NCBI GenBank assembly: GCA_964435165.1
Contig: CAYSXY010000004.1
Span: 14,686-78,685 of the forward strand
Length of the DNA stretch: 64,000 nt
Source: an uncultured Rickettsiales bacterium
GTDB taxonomy: Bacteria; Pseudomonadota; Alphaproteobacteria; Rickettsiales; RI-342
Direction of reading: 5' to 3'
A program made the translations under genes and the position numbers. Below, piece by piece: positions 1-9,117 of this stretch. The notes under the pieces are model-generated. The model was not told where the DNA came from. It ran no database searches and saw only the letters and a program-made list of their open reading frames with translations. Each line of letters begins with the position of its first letter. Positions within the stretch are counted from its first letter, which is position 1.

Positions 1-615
1 GCACAATTACGCATGGCTTATCAACTGGAACGCAAAGCAACCAGCGATCATCGTAACGTCAGCACCGGCACTTATCCGCTGCCCACATGGAAACCGGTCG
101 ATGGCTTTCAGGTCGATCCGGCACTGATTTTTGCCGTCATGCGGCAGGAATCAGGATTCAACCCGCATGCGAAAAGTCATGCCGGGGCTTTAGGCCTGAT
201 GCAGCTCATGCCACGCACCGCTGAGTATATTGCCGAGCATGTCTCCTATACCGGATTGGATATGGATAATCTGCATGACCCGCTGACCAATATCACGCTG
301 GGACAGGCATATCTGGCGTACCTGCTTGATAAGCCCTATATCAATGGCAATATGGTTTTCACCGCCGCTGCTTATAATGCCGGGCCCGGCAATTTGTTGC
401 ACTGGATGAAACGCCCTGGCGCACTGGATGATCCGCTCTTGTTTATGGAAACCATCCCTGTTCAGGAAACGCGTAATTATGTCAGTCAAATTATGACCAA
501 TTACTGGATCTACCGCGAAATGCTCGGCCAGCCCAATCATGGCCTGACGCAGCTAGTCAGCGGTCAATGGCCGGAATATGAAGGCGGCACCGCTACCATC
601 GCCAGCTTGCACTAA
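1..615 (+). CDS. Soluble lytic murein transglycosylase (SLT domain), C-terminal part; the 5' end lies outside the window
   Basis: The frame is open back to base 1. SLT catalytic region MRQESGFNPHAKSHAGALGLMQLMP and AAYNAGPGN are present. Confidence 0.85.
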   Translation, partial: AQLRMAYQLERKATSDHRNVSTGTYPLPTWKPVDGFQVDPALIFAVMRQESGFNPHAKSHAGALGLMQLMPRTAEYIAEHVSYTGLDMDNLHDPLTNITLGQAYLAYLLDKPYINGNMVFTAAAYNAGPGNLLHWMKRPGALDDPLLFMETIPVQETRNYVSQIMTNYWIYREMLGQPNHGLTQLVSGQWPEYEGGTATIASLH

Positions 616-815
616 ATCGCTTCCCTCACAGCCTACCCGCTCACTTCCACACTCTTCTCTGTGTCGTTCGTTTTGCTTTAGTCACCGCATGCACTCTGCT
701 ATCAATAGATATAGTGCATTCGATTCATATTCGAATGCACTAGCAAGGGCGACTGCCTGTCGCGCCTCATGGCGCGTAAGGCTACGTTCATACGGCTATT
801 GGGGGAGGAGTATGG

Positions 816-1481
816 ATGGTGTCGACACCAGACCTATCATTAGAATCGGCCTATCATGGCTTGGTCGCCGGCATTGATGAGGCAGGACGCGGGCCATGGG
901 CCGGGCCGGTCGTCTCAGCCGCGGTGGTGGTGGGGCCTGATGCAATGCTGGACGGCGTCAATGATTCCAAAAAACTCAGTGCCGCCCGTCGGGAGCGGCT
1001 GTTTGACAGTTTGCTCGAAGCGGCGCAACGTCAGCAACTCTGGTATGGCATCGGCAAGACGGATGCGCCCGAGATTGATCGCATCAACATCCTTCAGGCA
1101 ACCATCTGCGCCATGCAGCGTGCTTTCGATGCACTTCAGGCCACCCTGCCGTCACCTGCCTGTCACGCCTTGGTCGATGGCAACCGCCCTGTACCACTGC
1201 CCTGCCCAGTCACGCCCGTGATTAAAGGCGACAGCATCAGCCTGTCTATCGCAGCAGCGTCTATATTCGCAAAGGTGACACGTGACCGGCTGATGCGTGA
1301 ATTAAGCACCGCCTTTCCAGCCTATGGCTGGGAACGCAATAGCGGTTATGGCACCAAAGAGCATCAACATGCATTGGCGCAGTTTGGCGTTACCGAATAT
1401 CACCGACGCAGCTATAAACCGATCCAGCGCTATCTGACTCACCATCATCCCGCAGACAGGCAGGCAATGGCCGATGGCTAA
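816..1481 (+). CDS. rnhB: Ribonuclease HII
   Basis: Signature GIDEAGRGPWAGPVV, DSKKL and a length of 221 aa. RBS gggaggag lies 7 nt upstream. Confidence 0.9.
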   Translation: MVSTPDLSLESAYHGLVAGIDEAGRGPWAGPVVSAAVVVGPDAMLDGVNDSKKLSAARRERLFDSLLEAAQRQQLWYGIGKTDAPEIDRINILQATICAMQRAFDALQATLPSPACHALVDGNRPVPLPCPVTPVIKGDSISLSIAAASIFAKVTRDRLMRELSTAFPAYGWERNSGYGTKEHQHALAQFGVTEYHRRSYKPIQRYLTHHHPADRQAMADG

Positions 1482-2031
1482 GGACAGGGACAATCAGCAC
1501 AGGGAAAAAACGGCCAAACGTCTTTCGCGCCGAGGCTTCAACCGGGCATTGGATGAGTGTTTACAGTCCCATCTGACTCCGGCCATGCAGCGTTTTGGTT
1601 TGGCTGAGGGTCGTATTCTCACGCATTGGGCTGATATTGTCGGCCCGGAACTGGCGCGCGTCACCTTGCCGGAGCGGCTTCGTTTTGCCAAAGGTCAGCG
1701 CACCGACGGCACATTGACCATTCGCGTGGCCACCGGCTGGGCACCCGTTCTGCAACACCAGACACCTCAATTACTCGACCAATTAGCCGCTTATTTCGGT
1801 TATCGCGCCGTCAGCCGCATCAGCATCCGTCAGGACCATCGCCTGCTGGCACATCAGGAGTCGGATCTATCTCTCCAGCCGACAGGCACGCTTGATTCAG
1901 CATCTAAGTCTACTATTTCTGAGATGGTATCCGATTGTGCCGATGAAGGATTGCGCGATAGTCTGACAGCGCTGGGGCGCTCTATACGTCTGCGTGAAGT
2001 AGCACTTGAGAAGCAGCGGCAATCCTCATAA
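1474..2031 (+). CDS. DUF721 (DciA-like) domain protein
   Basis: W-x-x-IVGPELA ... GTLTIRVATGWAPVLQHQTPQLLDQL pattern is typical of DUF721. The start overlaps the rnhB stop by 8 nt (ATGGCTAA), suggesting translational coupling. Confidence 0.6.
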   Translation: MAKDRDNQHREKTAKRLSRRGFNRALDECLQSHLTPAMQRFGLAEGRILTHWADIVGPELARVTLPERLRFAKGQRTDGTLTIRVATGWAPVLQHQTPQLLDQLAAYFGYRAVSRISIRQDHRLLAHQESDLSLQPTGTLDSASKSTISEMVSDCADEGLRDSLTALGRSIRLREVALEKQRQSS

Positions 2032-2032
2032 G

Positions 2033-2749
2033 ATGCCGACTCGCAATAAAGGGAGACTATTGATTGTGTCACGATATCTCATCGCTCTTGGCTTGTCCTT
2101 TTGTACTGCGATCGCCTTTATGGTCATCGCGAGCGGCTCCACCCTGCTGGCGGAGTCTTCCGGCGAAGCAAAAAATAACGGGCAGGAGTCTACCAAAACG
2201 CTGTCGCGCGAGGCGCTGCTAAGGGCGCAACCAACCGATGTGGTGCTCGGAGATAAGGATGCACCAGTGACGGTGGTTGAATATGCCTCTCTGTCGTGCG
2301 GGCATTGCGCCAGTTTCCACAACAATGTGTTCCCTACCCTGCATGAGAATTATATCAAGACCGGCAATATCCAATTTATTTATCGCGATTTTCCCCTGAA
2401 CCCTCCGGCGCTGAGAGCCGCACAACTGGCACGCTGCGCAGGCGATGATAAGTTTCACAGCTATATTAAAGTGATGTTTGATACGCAGCGTGGCTGGGCA
2501 TTTGGACAGGATTTTCTCGCCAGACTGCGGGAAATTGCCATACTGGGAGGGATGAAAGGGGCTGAATTTGACGCCTGTATGCAGAATCAGGCGTTGGAGA
2601 CGCAAATCATCACCTCGCGCCAGCATGCCGAACAATTGCTCGGCGTTAGCTCAACCCCTACGCTTTTTGTCAATGGAGAGAAAGTAGAGGGGGCGGTGAA
2701 TCTTGATCGCATGCGTTCAATCATTGCCAAATATGTGCCTGCTCCTTGA
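2033..2749 (+). CDS. DsbA-family periplasmic thiol:disulfide oxidoreductase
   Basis: Thioredoxin-fold CGHC active site (LSCGHCASFH) and an N-terminal signal/anchor. The start is chosen at the ATG 1 nt after the upstream stop; GTG at 2066 is an alternative. Confidence 0.8.
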   Translation: MPTRNKGRLLIVSRYLIALGLSFCTAIAFMVIASGSTLLAESSGEAKNNGQESTKTLSREALLRAQPTDVVLGDKDAPVTVVEYASLSCGHCASFHNNVFPTLHENYIKTGNIQFIYRDFPLNPPALRAAQLARCAGDDKFHSYIKVMFDTQRGWAFGQDFLARLREIAILGGMKGAEFDACMQNQALETQIITSRQHAEQLLGVSSTPTLFVNGEKVEGAVNLDRMRSIIAKYVPAP

Positions 2750-2761
2750 AGGCTCCTGCCG

Positions 2762-3073
2762 ATGTCTCCGCAGCATATCCAGGATGATGAAAGCTTTGCC
2801 GCCCGATTAGATGAGGCACGCCAGCGCGCCGGGCTTGATCAGCCGGATGAGACGCCATTGCACGGCCCGGCCAACGGCAAACGCGAAGGGCTGGGACTGG
2901 TGATTCGCGTCATCAGCGAGATGATCGGTGGGGTCGTGGTCGGCGTGTTGATCGGCTATTGGCTCGATCAATGGCTCGATACATCGCCACTGCTGCTGAT
3001 TATTTTTTTCTTTCTCGGCAGCGTCACCGGCATGTACACGGTTTACAAATCTGTTTCTGTGGGTAAAAGGTAA
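2762..3073 (+). CDS. atpI: ATP synthase protein I (AtpI/AtpZ family)
   Basis: Small protein with two TM helices immediately upstream of atpB, which is the typical alphaproteobacterial F0 operon layout. Confidence 0.7.
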   Translation: MSPQHIQDDESFAARLDEARQRAGLDQPDETPLHGPANGKREGLGLVIRVISEMIGGVVVGVLIGYWLDQWLDTSPLLLIIFFFLGSVTGMYTVYKSVSVGKR

Positions 3074-3118
3074 CCAACAAACTTATTTCACCCTCTTTTT
3101 CACCTCGAGGTAATCATC

Positions 3119-3859
3119 GTGAGTGCCGATAATAAGAGTCCGCTCCAGCAATTTGAAATCACCCCTCTCATTGAGCTTCCAAGTGTTGGTGGATACGATA
3201 TCAGTTTTACCAACTCATCGCTCTTTATGATCCTGACGGTTGCCGCGATCATTCTCTTCATCGGTGGCGGTATACGTAAACATGCCATGGTGCCCGGGCG
3301 CTGGCAGTCCATGGTAGAGATGACCTATGAATTCATCGCCAATATGGTGAGCGACAATGTCGGGCGCGAAGGACGGCGCTATTTTCCCTTTATTTTCACT
3401 CTCTTCCTCTTTGTGCTGTTTGGTAATTTGTGGGGGATGATGCCCTACAGTTTCACCATCACCAGCCATGTCATCGTGACATTCGCCTTAGCAGCGTTTA
3501 TATTTGTTGGGGTTACGGTCATTGCTCTGGTGAAGCATGGTACTAAATTTTTTGGGTTTTTTCTCCCGGACGGCACTCCCGGTTTATTAATCCCATTGAT
3601 CTATCCGATTGAAGTTATGTCCTATCTGGCGCGCCCCATCAGCCTTTCTGTACGTTTGGCCGCCAATATGATTGTAGGGCATACGCTGTTGAAAGTAATT
3701 GCGGGCTTTGTTGTGATGATGGGCGTGATTTGGGGAACGATACCGTTTGTCTTCCTGATCGGCCTGACTGGTTTTGAATTTTTCATTGCCTTTTTGCACG
3801 CTTACATCTTCACCATTTTGACTTGTATTTACCTGAATGATGCACTACACCTGCACTGA
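3119..3859 (+). CDS. atpB: F0F1 ATP synthase subunit a
   Basis: Polytopic membrane protein with the conserved LSVRLAANMIVGH arginine motif. GTG start. Confidence 0.92.
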   Translation: MSADNKSPLQQFEITPLIELPSVGGYDISFTNSSLFMILTVAAIILFIGGGIRKHAMVPGRWQSMVEMTYEFIANMVSDNVGREGRRYFPFIFTLFLFVLFGNLWGMMPYSFTITSHVIVTFALAAFIFVGVTVIALVKHGTKFFGFFLPDGTPGLLIPLIYPIEVMSYLARPISLSVRLAANMIVGHTLLKVIAGFVVMMGVIWGTIPFVFLIGLTGFEFFIAFLHAYIFTILTCIYLNDALHLH

Positions 3860-3946
3860 TTTTTCGCCCGGCCAGATGTGGCAGCATGTCATGTTTATAC
3901 GGCGCTCTTGCTAGATTTTTCACCCAGCTAATTTAAGAGGATTTAC

Positions 3947-4171
3947 ATGGAACTCGAAGCACTGAAATTTGTTGCTGTTGGTTTGATGGCATTTGGTATG
4001 CTTGGTGCCGCCCTGGGGGTGGGGAACATTTTTGCTGCTATGCTTAATGGTGTTGCCCGCAACCCATCTGCCGAAGGTAAAATGAAGACCTACGCGTTTG
4101 TTGGCGCCGCCCTGTCGGAATTTATGGGTCTTGCCGCGCTTGGTATCGGCCTGATTATACTCTTCGGATAA
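3947..4171 (+). CDS. atpE: F0F1 ATP synthase subunit c
   Basis: 74-aa hairpin proteolipid with loop ARNP and a carboxylate in ALSEFMGL. Confidence 0.92.
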   Translation: MELEALKFVAVGLMAFGMLGAALGVGNIFAAMLNGVARNPSAEGKMKTYAFVGAALSEFMGLAALGIGLIILFG

Positions 4172-4252
4172 TCATTGATGATAGTATGAGGGATATGAGG
4201 CCTGCTTTCCGGTCTCATATCCCCTCAGATTGACGGATATCGCACAAGATCA

Positions 4253-4735
4253 ATGCCTCAGTTAGACCCAACATGGTATGCATCGCAGCTATTCTGGCTG
4301 CTGATTACCTTTTCATTTCTCTATTATGTGGTGCGTCATTCATTGCTGCCGCAAATAGCAGAGGTAATGGAGACGCGCAGTCAGCGTATGGCGTCGGAAC
4401 TGGATCGTGCGAAAGAGCTTAAGTTAGAGGCGGACGGCGCGGAAAAAGCTTATAAAGAGGCGCTGGCTCATGCCAGGCAAAGTGCGAATAGCAGCATGGA
4501 TAAAGTTTCCTCGCGCATCAGCCGCATGCGTGTTGAGCGACATGAGCAACTGGATGAGAAGTTAGCACAGCAATTGGCGGAAGCTGAATCACGCATTGCC
4601 AGCATGCGCGCTGAAGTCATTGAGCAAATGCGAGAGGCCGCGCAAGGGCTGGCCGTAGATATCGTCACGCGCATGACCGGCGGTACACCGACACAATCAA
4701 CCGTTGATAAAGCAATGAAAGCGGCAGGAGAGTGA
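4253..4735 (+). CDS. atpF2: F0F1 ATP synthase subunit b'
   Basis: N-terminal TM helix plus a long charged coiled coil. It is the first of two b-type genes after atpE, as in alphaproteobacteria. Confidence 0.8.
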   Translation: MPQLDPTWYASQLFWLLITFSFLYYVVRHSLLPQIAEVMETRSQRMASELDRAKELKLEADGAEKAYKEALAHARQSANSSMDKVSSRISRMRVERHEQLDEKLAQQLAEAESRIASMRAEVIEQMREAAQGLAVDIVTRMTGGTPTQSTVDKAMKAAGE

Positions 4736-4736
4736 C

Positions 4737-5210
4737 ATGACGGAAAAAGATGTCGTTGCGATTGGCATTGTCGCGTTTATTTTACTCGTATGGAAACCGC
4801 TTAGCCGCGCCATTACACAAGCCTTAGACACGCGGTCGGCTCGTATCGAAAAGGAATTGGCAGAAGCAACAAAACTGCGTGAAGAAGCACAGGCGTTGCT
4901 CGTATCATTTCAACGCAAGCAGCGTGATGCGATGAAAGAAGCAGATGATATCGTGGCTAAGGCCAAAGCGGATGCGTCACGACTTATGGAGGAAGCCGAA
5001 GCAGAGTTGGAGTGTGAGCTGAATAAGCGCATTCAAATGGCCATGGAGAAAATTGAACAATCCGAGCAAAATGCCTTGCAGGATGTGAAATCCTACGCCG
5101 TCGATGTTGCCGTTGCGGCTGCCCATACCATGCTTAAAGAGCAAATGAAGAGTGGTTCGATCGACATTATTGATGATGTCATTAGCGACGCGCGTAAACA
5201 GTTAAATTAA
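4737..5210 (+). CDS. atpF: F0F1 ATP synthase subunit b
   Basis: N-terminal TM helix plus a charged helix. It starts 1 nt after the b' stop. Confidence 0.8.
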   Translation: MTEKDVVAIGIVAFILLVWKPLSRAITQALDTRSARIEKELAEATKLREEAQALLVSFQRKQRDAMKEADDIVAKAKADASRLMEEAEAELECELNKRIQMAMEKIEQSEQNALQDVKSYAVDVAVAAAHTMLKEQMKSGSIDIIDDVISDARKQLN

Positions 5211-5234
5211 CATCACTGGCAGGGGCGTCTGTCG

Positions 5235-6059
5235 ATGCAGCGCTTCATCGTTATTCTCCTTATTGCCTGGATTAGTGCCTCTCCTTATCGAGTGAAAGCA
5301 GGCGCATGGGGTCAACCCACAGGTCAGACCGAGCTGATTACCAGCGCTTTCTTTTATCAAACCGAGGAATATGTCGCACCGGATGGTACGGTACAGCCAC
5401 AACCTACCTTCCGCAAATATAGCTTGTTTTCATATCTCGAGCATGGGTTGACGGAAGACTGGACGATTGGTGCCAATCTGGAATTGGCCCATGCCAGAGA
5501 GCGCCGCCAAAACGGCCAATCGCAACAAAATAGCGGTGTGGGTGTGATGGAATTATTCGGGCGATACCAATTGGCCAGGGAAGAGAACTGGGCCTTGTCG
5601 ATTCAGCCATTAGTGGCCCTGCCCAGCAGCTATGAGACGGATCCGGCGCCTGATATCGGCCATGATCAAACAGATCTTCAAGTCGGCATCCTGTTTGGCG
5701 GCACCTTTTCCCTGCTCGGTCGGCTGCATTATGTCGATACCGCACTTCATTACCGTCACCGGCTTTCCACTCCGTCTGACCAGCTGCGCGGGGAAGTGAC
5801 GCTTGGCCTGCGCATAACGGATGATTGGGAGTTACTCACCCAGCTCTTTCATATTCACAATCTTGGCGATGCAATTGCTGGCCCCCAAGGGGTGCGACTG
5901 ACCCCGGAAGAAGATTACCGCTTGACCAAACTGCAAATTTCCGGACTCTATCATATGACGGAAGATGTCGCGCTGCAATTGGGCGGCTTTGCGCATTTGC
6001 ATGCGCGCAATACCGGGGGTGATGGCGGCGGCATGGCGGCGCTGTGGCTCAACTGGTAG
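5235..6059 (+). CDS. Predicted outer-membrane beta-barrel protein (function unknown)
   Basis: Signal peptide (ILLIAWISASPYRVKA), alternating amphipathic strands and a C-terminal aromatic residue (LWLNW). Confidence 0.55.
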   Translation: MQRFIVILLIAWISASPYRVKAGAWGQPTGQTELITSAFFYQTEEYVAPDGTVQPQPTFRKYSLFSYLEHGLTEDWTIGANLELAHARERRQNGQSQQNSGVGVMELFGRYQLAREENWALSIQPLVALPSSYETDPAPDIGHDQTDLQVGILFGGTFSLLGRLHYVDTALHYRHRLSTPSDQLRGEVTLGLRITDDWELLTQLFHIHNLGDAIAGPQGVRLTPEEDYRLTKLQISGLYHMTEDVALQLGGFAHLHARNTGGDGGGMAALWLNW

Positions 6060-6083
6060 TGATGTTTAATTGGTCGAAGGGGT

Positions 6084-7934
6084 ATGCACATGACAGCATC
6101 GACACCTTCATTACCGCTGGGCGAAATGCTTATTGCCCGCGGCTTGCTGACTCCCAAGCAGCGGGATGATGCGCTGCGACGTCAGCGACGCTCCGGCGCG
6201 CTGATGGGTGATGTGTTGATCGGCATGGGTTATATCCGCCACTTGCCACTCTATCAAACATTGGCTGAACAACAGCGCCTGCCCTTCGTTAATTTACTCA
6301 CCACACCGCCCGATGCATCGCTGCTGCGTCATGAATTACGCCATTATTACCGGCGATTTGGGTTGATGCCCTGGCGCCGGGTTAAGGGCGTGCTGCACAT
6401 TGCGGTTACCCGATTGGATCAGCATGTCACACGCTGGCTGGACCGTCATTATGGTGCCGATCGCTATCGTCTGGTGATGACATCCCCGCTTGATATTCGC
6501 CGCACGCAGGAAATGTGTTTTTATGATCAGGACAGCTTAGATGCCCGTGTTGGCCTCGCATTGCAGCAACCGGCAAAATCAGCACGCCAGCTACTCAGTC
6601 GCCAGCAGCGTATCATGTTGTTCTGGGTGGCCGCGCTTTATCTGACCGGTATTGTCTTATGGCCCTCGATCGTGCCGTCATTGACGTTGATCGGATTGCT
6701 GACGTTATGTGCCGTCACGCTATGTTTTAAGCTGTATTTGTTTGTGTTGGGGCTGGGCAACCATCACTATGTCGCCTTGCCAAATCCACTCACGTCGGAC
6801 AACAAACTACCGGTTTACACTATTCTGGTGCCGCTCTATCAGGAACAAAAAAGCCTGCCGGGATTATTGTGCGCACTGCGCACACTTGATTATCCCAAAG
6901 AAAAACTCGACATTAAACTGATTGTTGAGGCGGATGACCCGTTGACCCGCAACGCCCTTGAATCGCTGAAACCGGAAAGCTACTTTGACATTGTCAGCGT
7001 TCCACCCAGCGAACCGCGCACCAAGCCCAAAGCCTGTAATTATGCTCTGCGCTTTGCCCGTGGTGAGATGGTGACGATTTTTGATGCGGAAGATCGACCG
7101 ACATCCTCCCAATTGCGACATGCCGCGAGCTATTTTCACGCATCGAATGGGAAAACGGTCTGCCTTCAGGCACGACTCAATTACCATAATCGACGGCAAA
7201 ACTGGTTAACCCGCCTTTTTGCCATTGAGTATGCCGCCTGGTTTGATGTAATGCTCAAAGGCCTGCACCGCATGGGTGCGCCCGTGCCGCTCGGTGGTAC
7301 CAGTAATCATATCCCTATCCGTCACTTACAAACAGTGGGAGCCTGGGATGCGTTTAATGTGACGGAAGATGCCGATCTCGGTATTCGCCTGGCATTGGCA
7401 GGCGGCAAGACCGGACTGCTGGATTCCATCACGCTGGAAGAAGCGCCCTCCTCTCTTTCGGTCTGGCTCAAACAACGCACGCGCTGGATCAAAGGATATA
7501 TCCAGACTTATATTGTCCATATGCGCCATCCACGTGTGTTGCGGCGAACGCTTGGCTGGCGGGGTTTTATCGGATTTCAGCTTTTTGTCGGTGCGCCAGC
7601 GCTGGTTTTTTTGCTGACGCCGCTCATGTGGCTGCTGGCCGTGCTTTGGCTGGCCGGCCTGACCGCTCCAACAAATGACCAACTCACCCAGTGGATTTAT
7701 GCGCTTTCCGCGGCGAATCTCATCGGGGCGATTGCTGTGCATTTCATCCAGGCATGGATCGTGCTATGGACCAAACCGTGGGATGGCATGCTCGGGTCAT
7801 TATTTCTTTTTCCCTTTTACTGGCTGCTGCATTCGGCCGCCAGCTTTCGCGCTGTGTGGCAATTATGGCGGCGGCCTTTCTACTGGGATAAAACCCCGCA
7901 CCGGCTGACCGGAATCCTGCCGCATATGTCATAG
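6084..7934 (+). CDS. Membrane-embedded processive family-2 glycosyltransferase with an N-terminal MshEN/T2SSE_N-like domain
   Basis: N-terminus PLGEMLIARGLLTPKQRDDALRRQ plus LMGDVLIGMGYIRHLPLYQTLAEQ gives two MshEN-like motifs. GT2 motifs are FDAEDRP, TEDADLG and QRTRW. There are several TM helices before and after the GT domain. Confidence 0.8.
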   Translation: MHMTASTPSLPLGEMLIARGLLTPKQRDDALRRQRRSGALMGDVLIGMGYIRHLPLYQTLAEQQRLPFVNLLTTPPDASLLRHELRHYYRRFGLMPWRRVKGVLHIAVTRLDQHVTRWLDRHYGADRYRLVMTSPLDIRRTQEMCFYDQDSLDARVGLALQQPAKSARQLLSRQQRIMLFWVAALYLTGIVLWPSIVPSLTLIGLLTLCAVTLCFKLYLFVLGLGNHHYVALPNPLTSDNKLPVYTILVPLYQEQKSLPGLLCALRTLDYPKEKLDIKLIVEADDPLTRNALESLKPESYFDIVSVPPSEPRTKPKACNYALRFARGEMVTIFDAEDRPTSSQLRHAASYFHASNGKTVCLQARLNYHNRRQNWLTRLFAIEYAAWFDVMLKGLHRMGAPVPLGGTSNHIPIRHLQTVGAWDAFNVTEDADLGIRLALAGGKTGLLDSITLEEAPSSLSVWLKQRTRWIKGYIQTYIVHMRHPRVLRRTLGWRGFIGFQLFVGAPALVFLLTPLMWLLAVLWLAGLTAPTNDQLTQWIYALSAANLIGAIAVHFIQAWIVLWTKPWDGMLGSLFLFPFYWLLHSAASFRAVWQLWRRPFYWDKTPHRLTGILPHMS

Positions 7935-7980
7935 CCTCTGTTGAGGCATCATGTAAGGATGTTGCCTCAACAGAGGCTAT
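7931..7980 (+). terminator. Perfect 18-bp stem / 14-nt loop hairpin overlapping the GT2 stop codon
   Basis: atagcctctgttgaggca (7931-7948) pairs perfectly with tgcctcaacagaggctat (7963-7980). No U-tract follows, so intrinsic termination is uncertain. Confidence 0.45.
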
Positions 7981-8079
7981 AGCCATTCACATTAATTTTC
8001 ATACAATCTGAATGGCTATGAGGCCGCGACTGCTGCCCGCGCCATAGTTGGCGCGTAAGCCTTAGTGGCGTCTTAACGC

Positions 8080-8109
8080 CCCACTAATTTCTGTACAGAA
8101 ATTAGTGGG
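8080..8109. promoter_or_regulatory. Perfect 30-bp palindrome upstream of rpmJ (operator or leader hairpin)
   Basis: cccactaatttctgtacagaaattagtggg is self-complementary. An upstream ttagtggcg (8062-8070) can pair instead with cgccccactaa (8077-8087). Confidence 0.3.
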
Positions 8110-8204
8110 AAAAGCTATAAACGCCCGGCTTGACTTCTACAGCAAAAGCCATTATCAACCATCGCTCTGTTATTTTAATTAACGCGAATGACGCGAGATA
8201 AGCC

Positions 8205-8330
8205 ATGAAAGTGCTCAGTTCCCTGAAGTCGGCCAAGAAACGTGATAAAAACTGCCGGGTAATCCGCCGCAAAGGCCGCGTTTATGTGATCAATAAGAAA
8301 AACCCTCGCTTTAAGGCGCGCCAGGGTTAA
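8205..8330 (+). CDS. rpmJ: 50S ribosomal protein L36 (41 aa, non-Cys-rich type)
   Basis: Hand translation gives [41 protein letters not shown]. It falls below the ORF-track length cutoff. Confidence 0.9.
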   Translation: MKVLSSLKSAKKRDKNCRVIRRKGRVYVINKKNPRFKARQG

Positions 8331-8408
8331 TTGATATCGGCGATGATTGCCGACACGTAAGACAGAATGATTGCCTATTTGCTAGACCTTATCCAGATGG
8401 TGTGAGAG

Positions 8409-8855
8409 TTATTCTTTAGGAGATTGGCTCTGCGTGATGTTGAGCAGCCATTCACCCGATTCAGCACGCTCAAATACATAGAGTGCCGTTTGGTTGCGGC
8501 CATTGCGCAATTTTTCATCTACAGTCACATACGCCGTTTGGTCATCGTGAATTTCGCCTGAGACAAACAGCACATCCCTGACTGCACGGCCAAATGATGC
8601 ATCGGTTCGAAAATGTTGCCGGGAATCGGCAGTCATAATAGATTCAATTAATGGCCGACTATGACGGTTTAGCGCGGTGCGTACAATATCAAACGACGGC
8701 AGTTGGAGGTCTATATCGGTGATTGTGACAATCACCGGCCCCGCCTCTTCCTCCGCTACCGGCTCCGGAGCTGGTTGCTTTGCTGACTGCATCATGACAA
8801 CCATGCCGATGGCACCTATGACAATCAGGAGGATAATCGCTATCCAGGGCTTCAC
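8409..8855 (-). CDS. Hypothetical membrane-anchored/periplasmic protein
   Basis: 148-aa ORF with one N-terminal TM helix (WIAIILLIVIGAIGMVVMM). No recognisable motif. Confidence 0.5.
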   Translation of the reverse strand: MKPWIAIILLIVIGAIGMVVMMQSAKQPAPEPVAEEEAGPVIVTITDIDLQLPSFDIVRTALNRHSRPLIESIMTADSRQHFRTDASFGRAVRDVLFVSGEIHDDQTAYVTVDEKLRNGRNQTALYVFERAESGEWLLNITQSQSPKE

Positions 8856-8885
8856 TTTTTCACCTTTTTGTTAGCACCTTTTTCC

Positions 8886-8913
8886 TAGATAATGTCGTCA
8901 CAAAACGGAGAAT
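8886..8913 (+). promoter_or_regulatory. Copy 1 of a shared upstream motif (TAGWTARTRTCGTCAC...GGAGAAT)
   Basis: tagataatgtcgtcacaaaacggagaat matches 13973-14000 at about 23/28 positions by eye. It lies about 205 nt upstream of the 9118 ORF. Confidence 0.3.
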
Positions 8914-9117
8914 ATGACAGCATTATCTAAGAGCACCCAAGTACAGACATATGTCATCCGGCATGCCCATTACTTTCACTATGTGATTTTAGCATAGCTT
9001 GATCGGGAATGCGACGCTCTTATCCCGTCAGGAATTATTTTCTTTGCTCATGCCGTAGACAGTCATATCTTTGTCATATGCATTTGCTATGATGCACATG
9101 AAATCAAAGGGATTCAC

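Noticed and set aside
578-877. 99-aa ORF spanning the slt-rnhB intergenic region
   Set aside because: It overlaps the rnhB start and has no RBS or motifs. The region is better explained by hairpins and promoter sequence.
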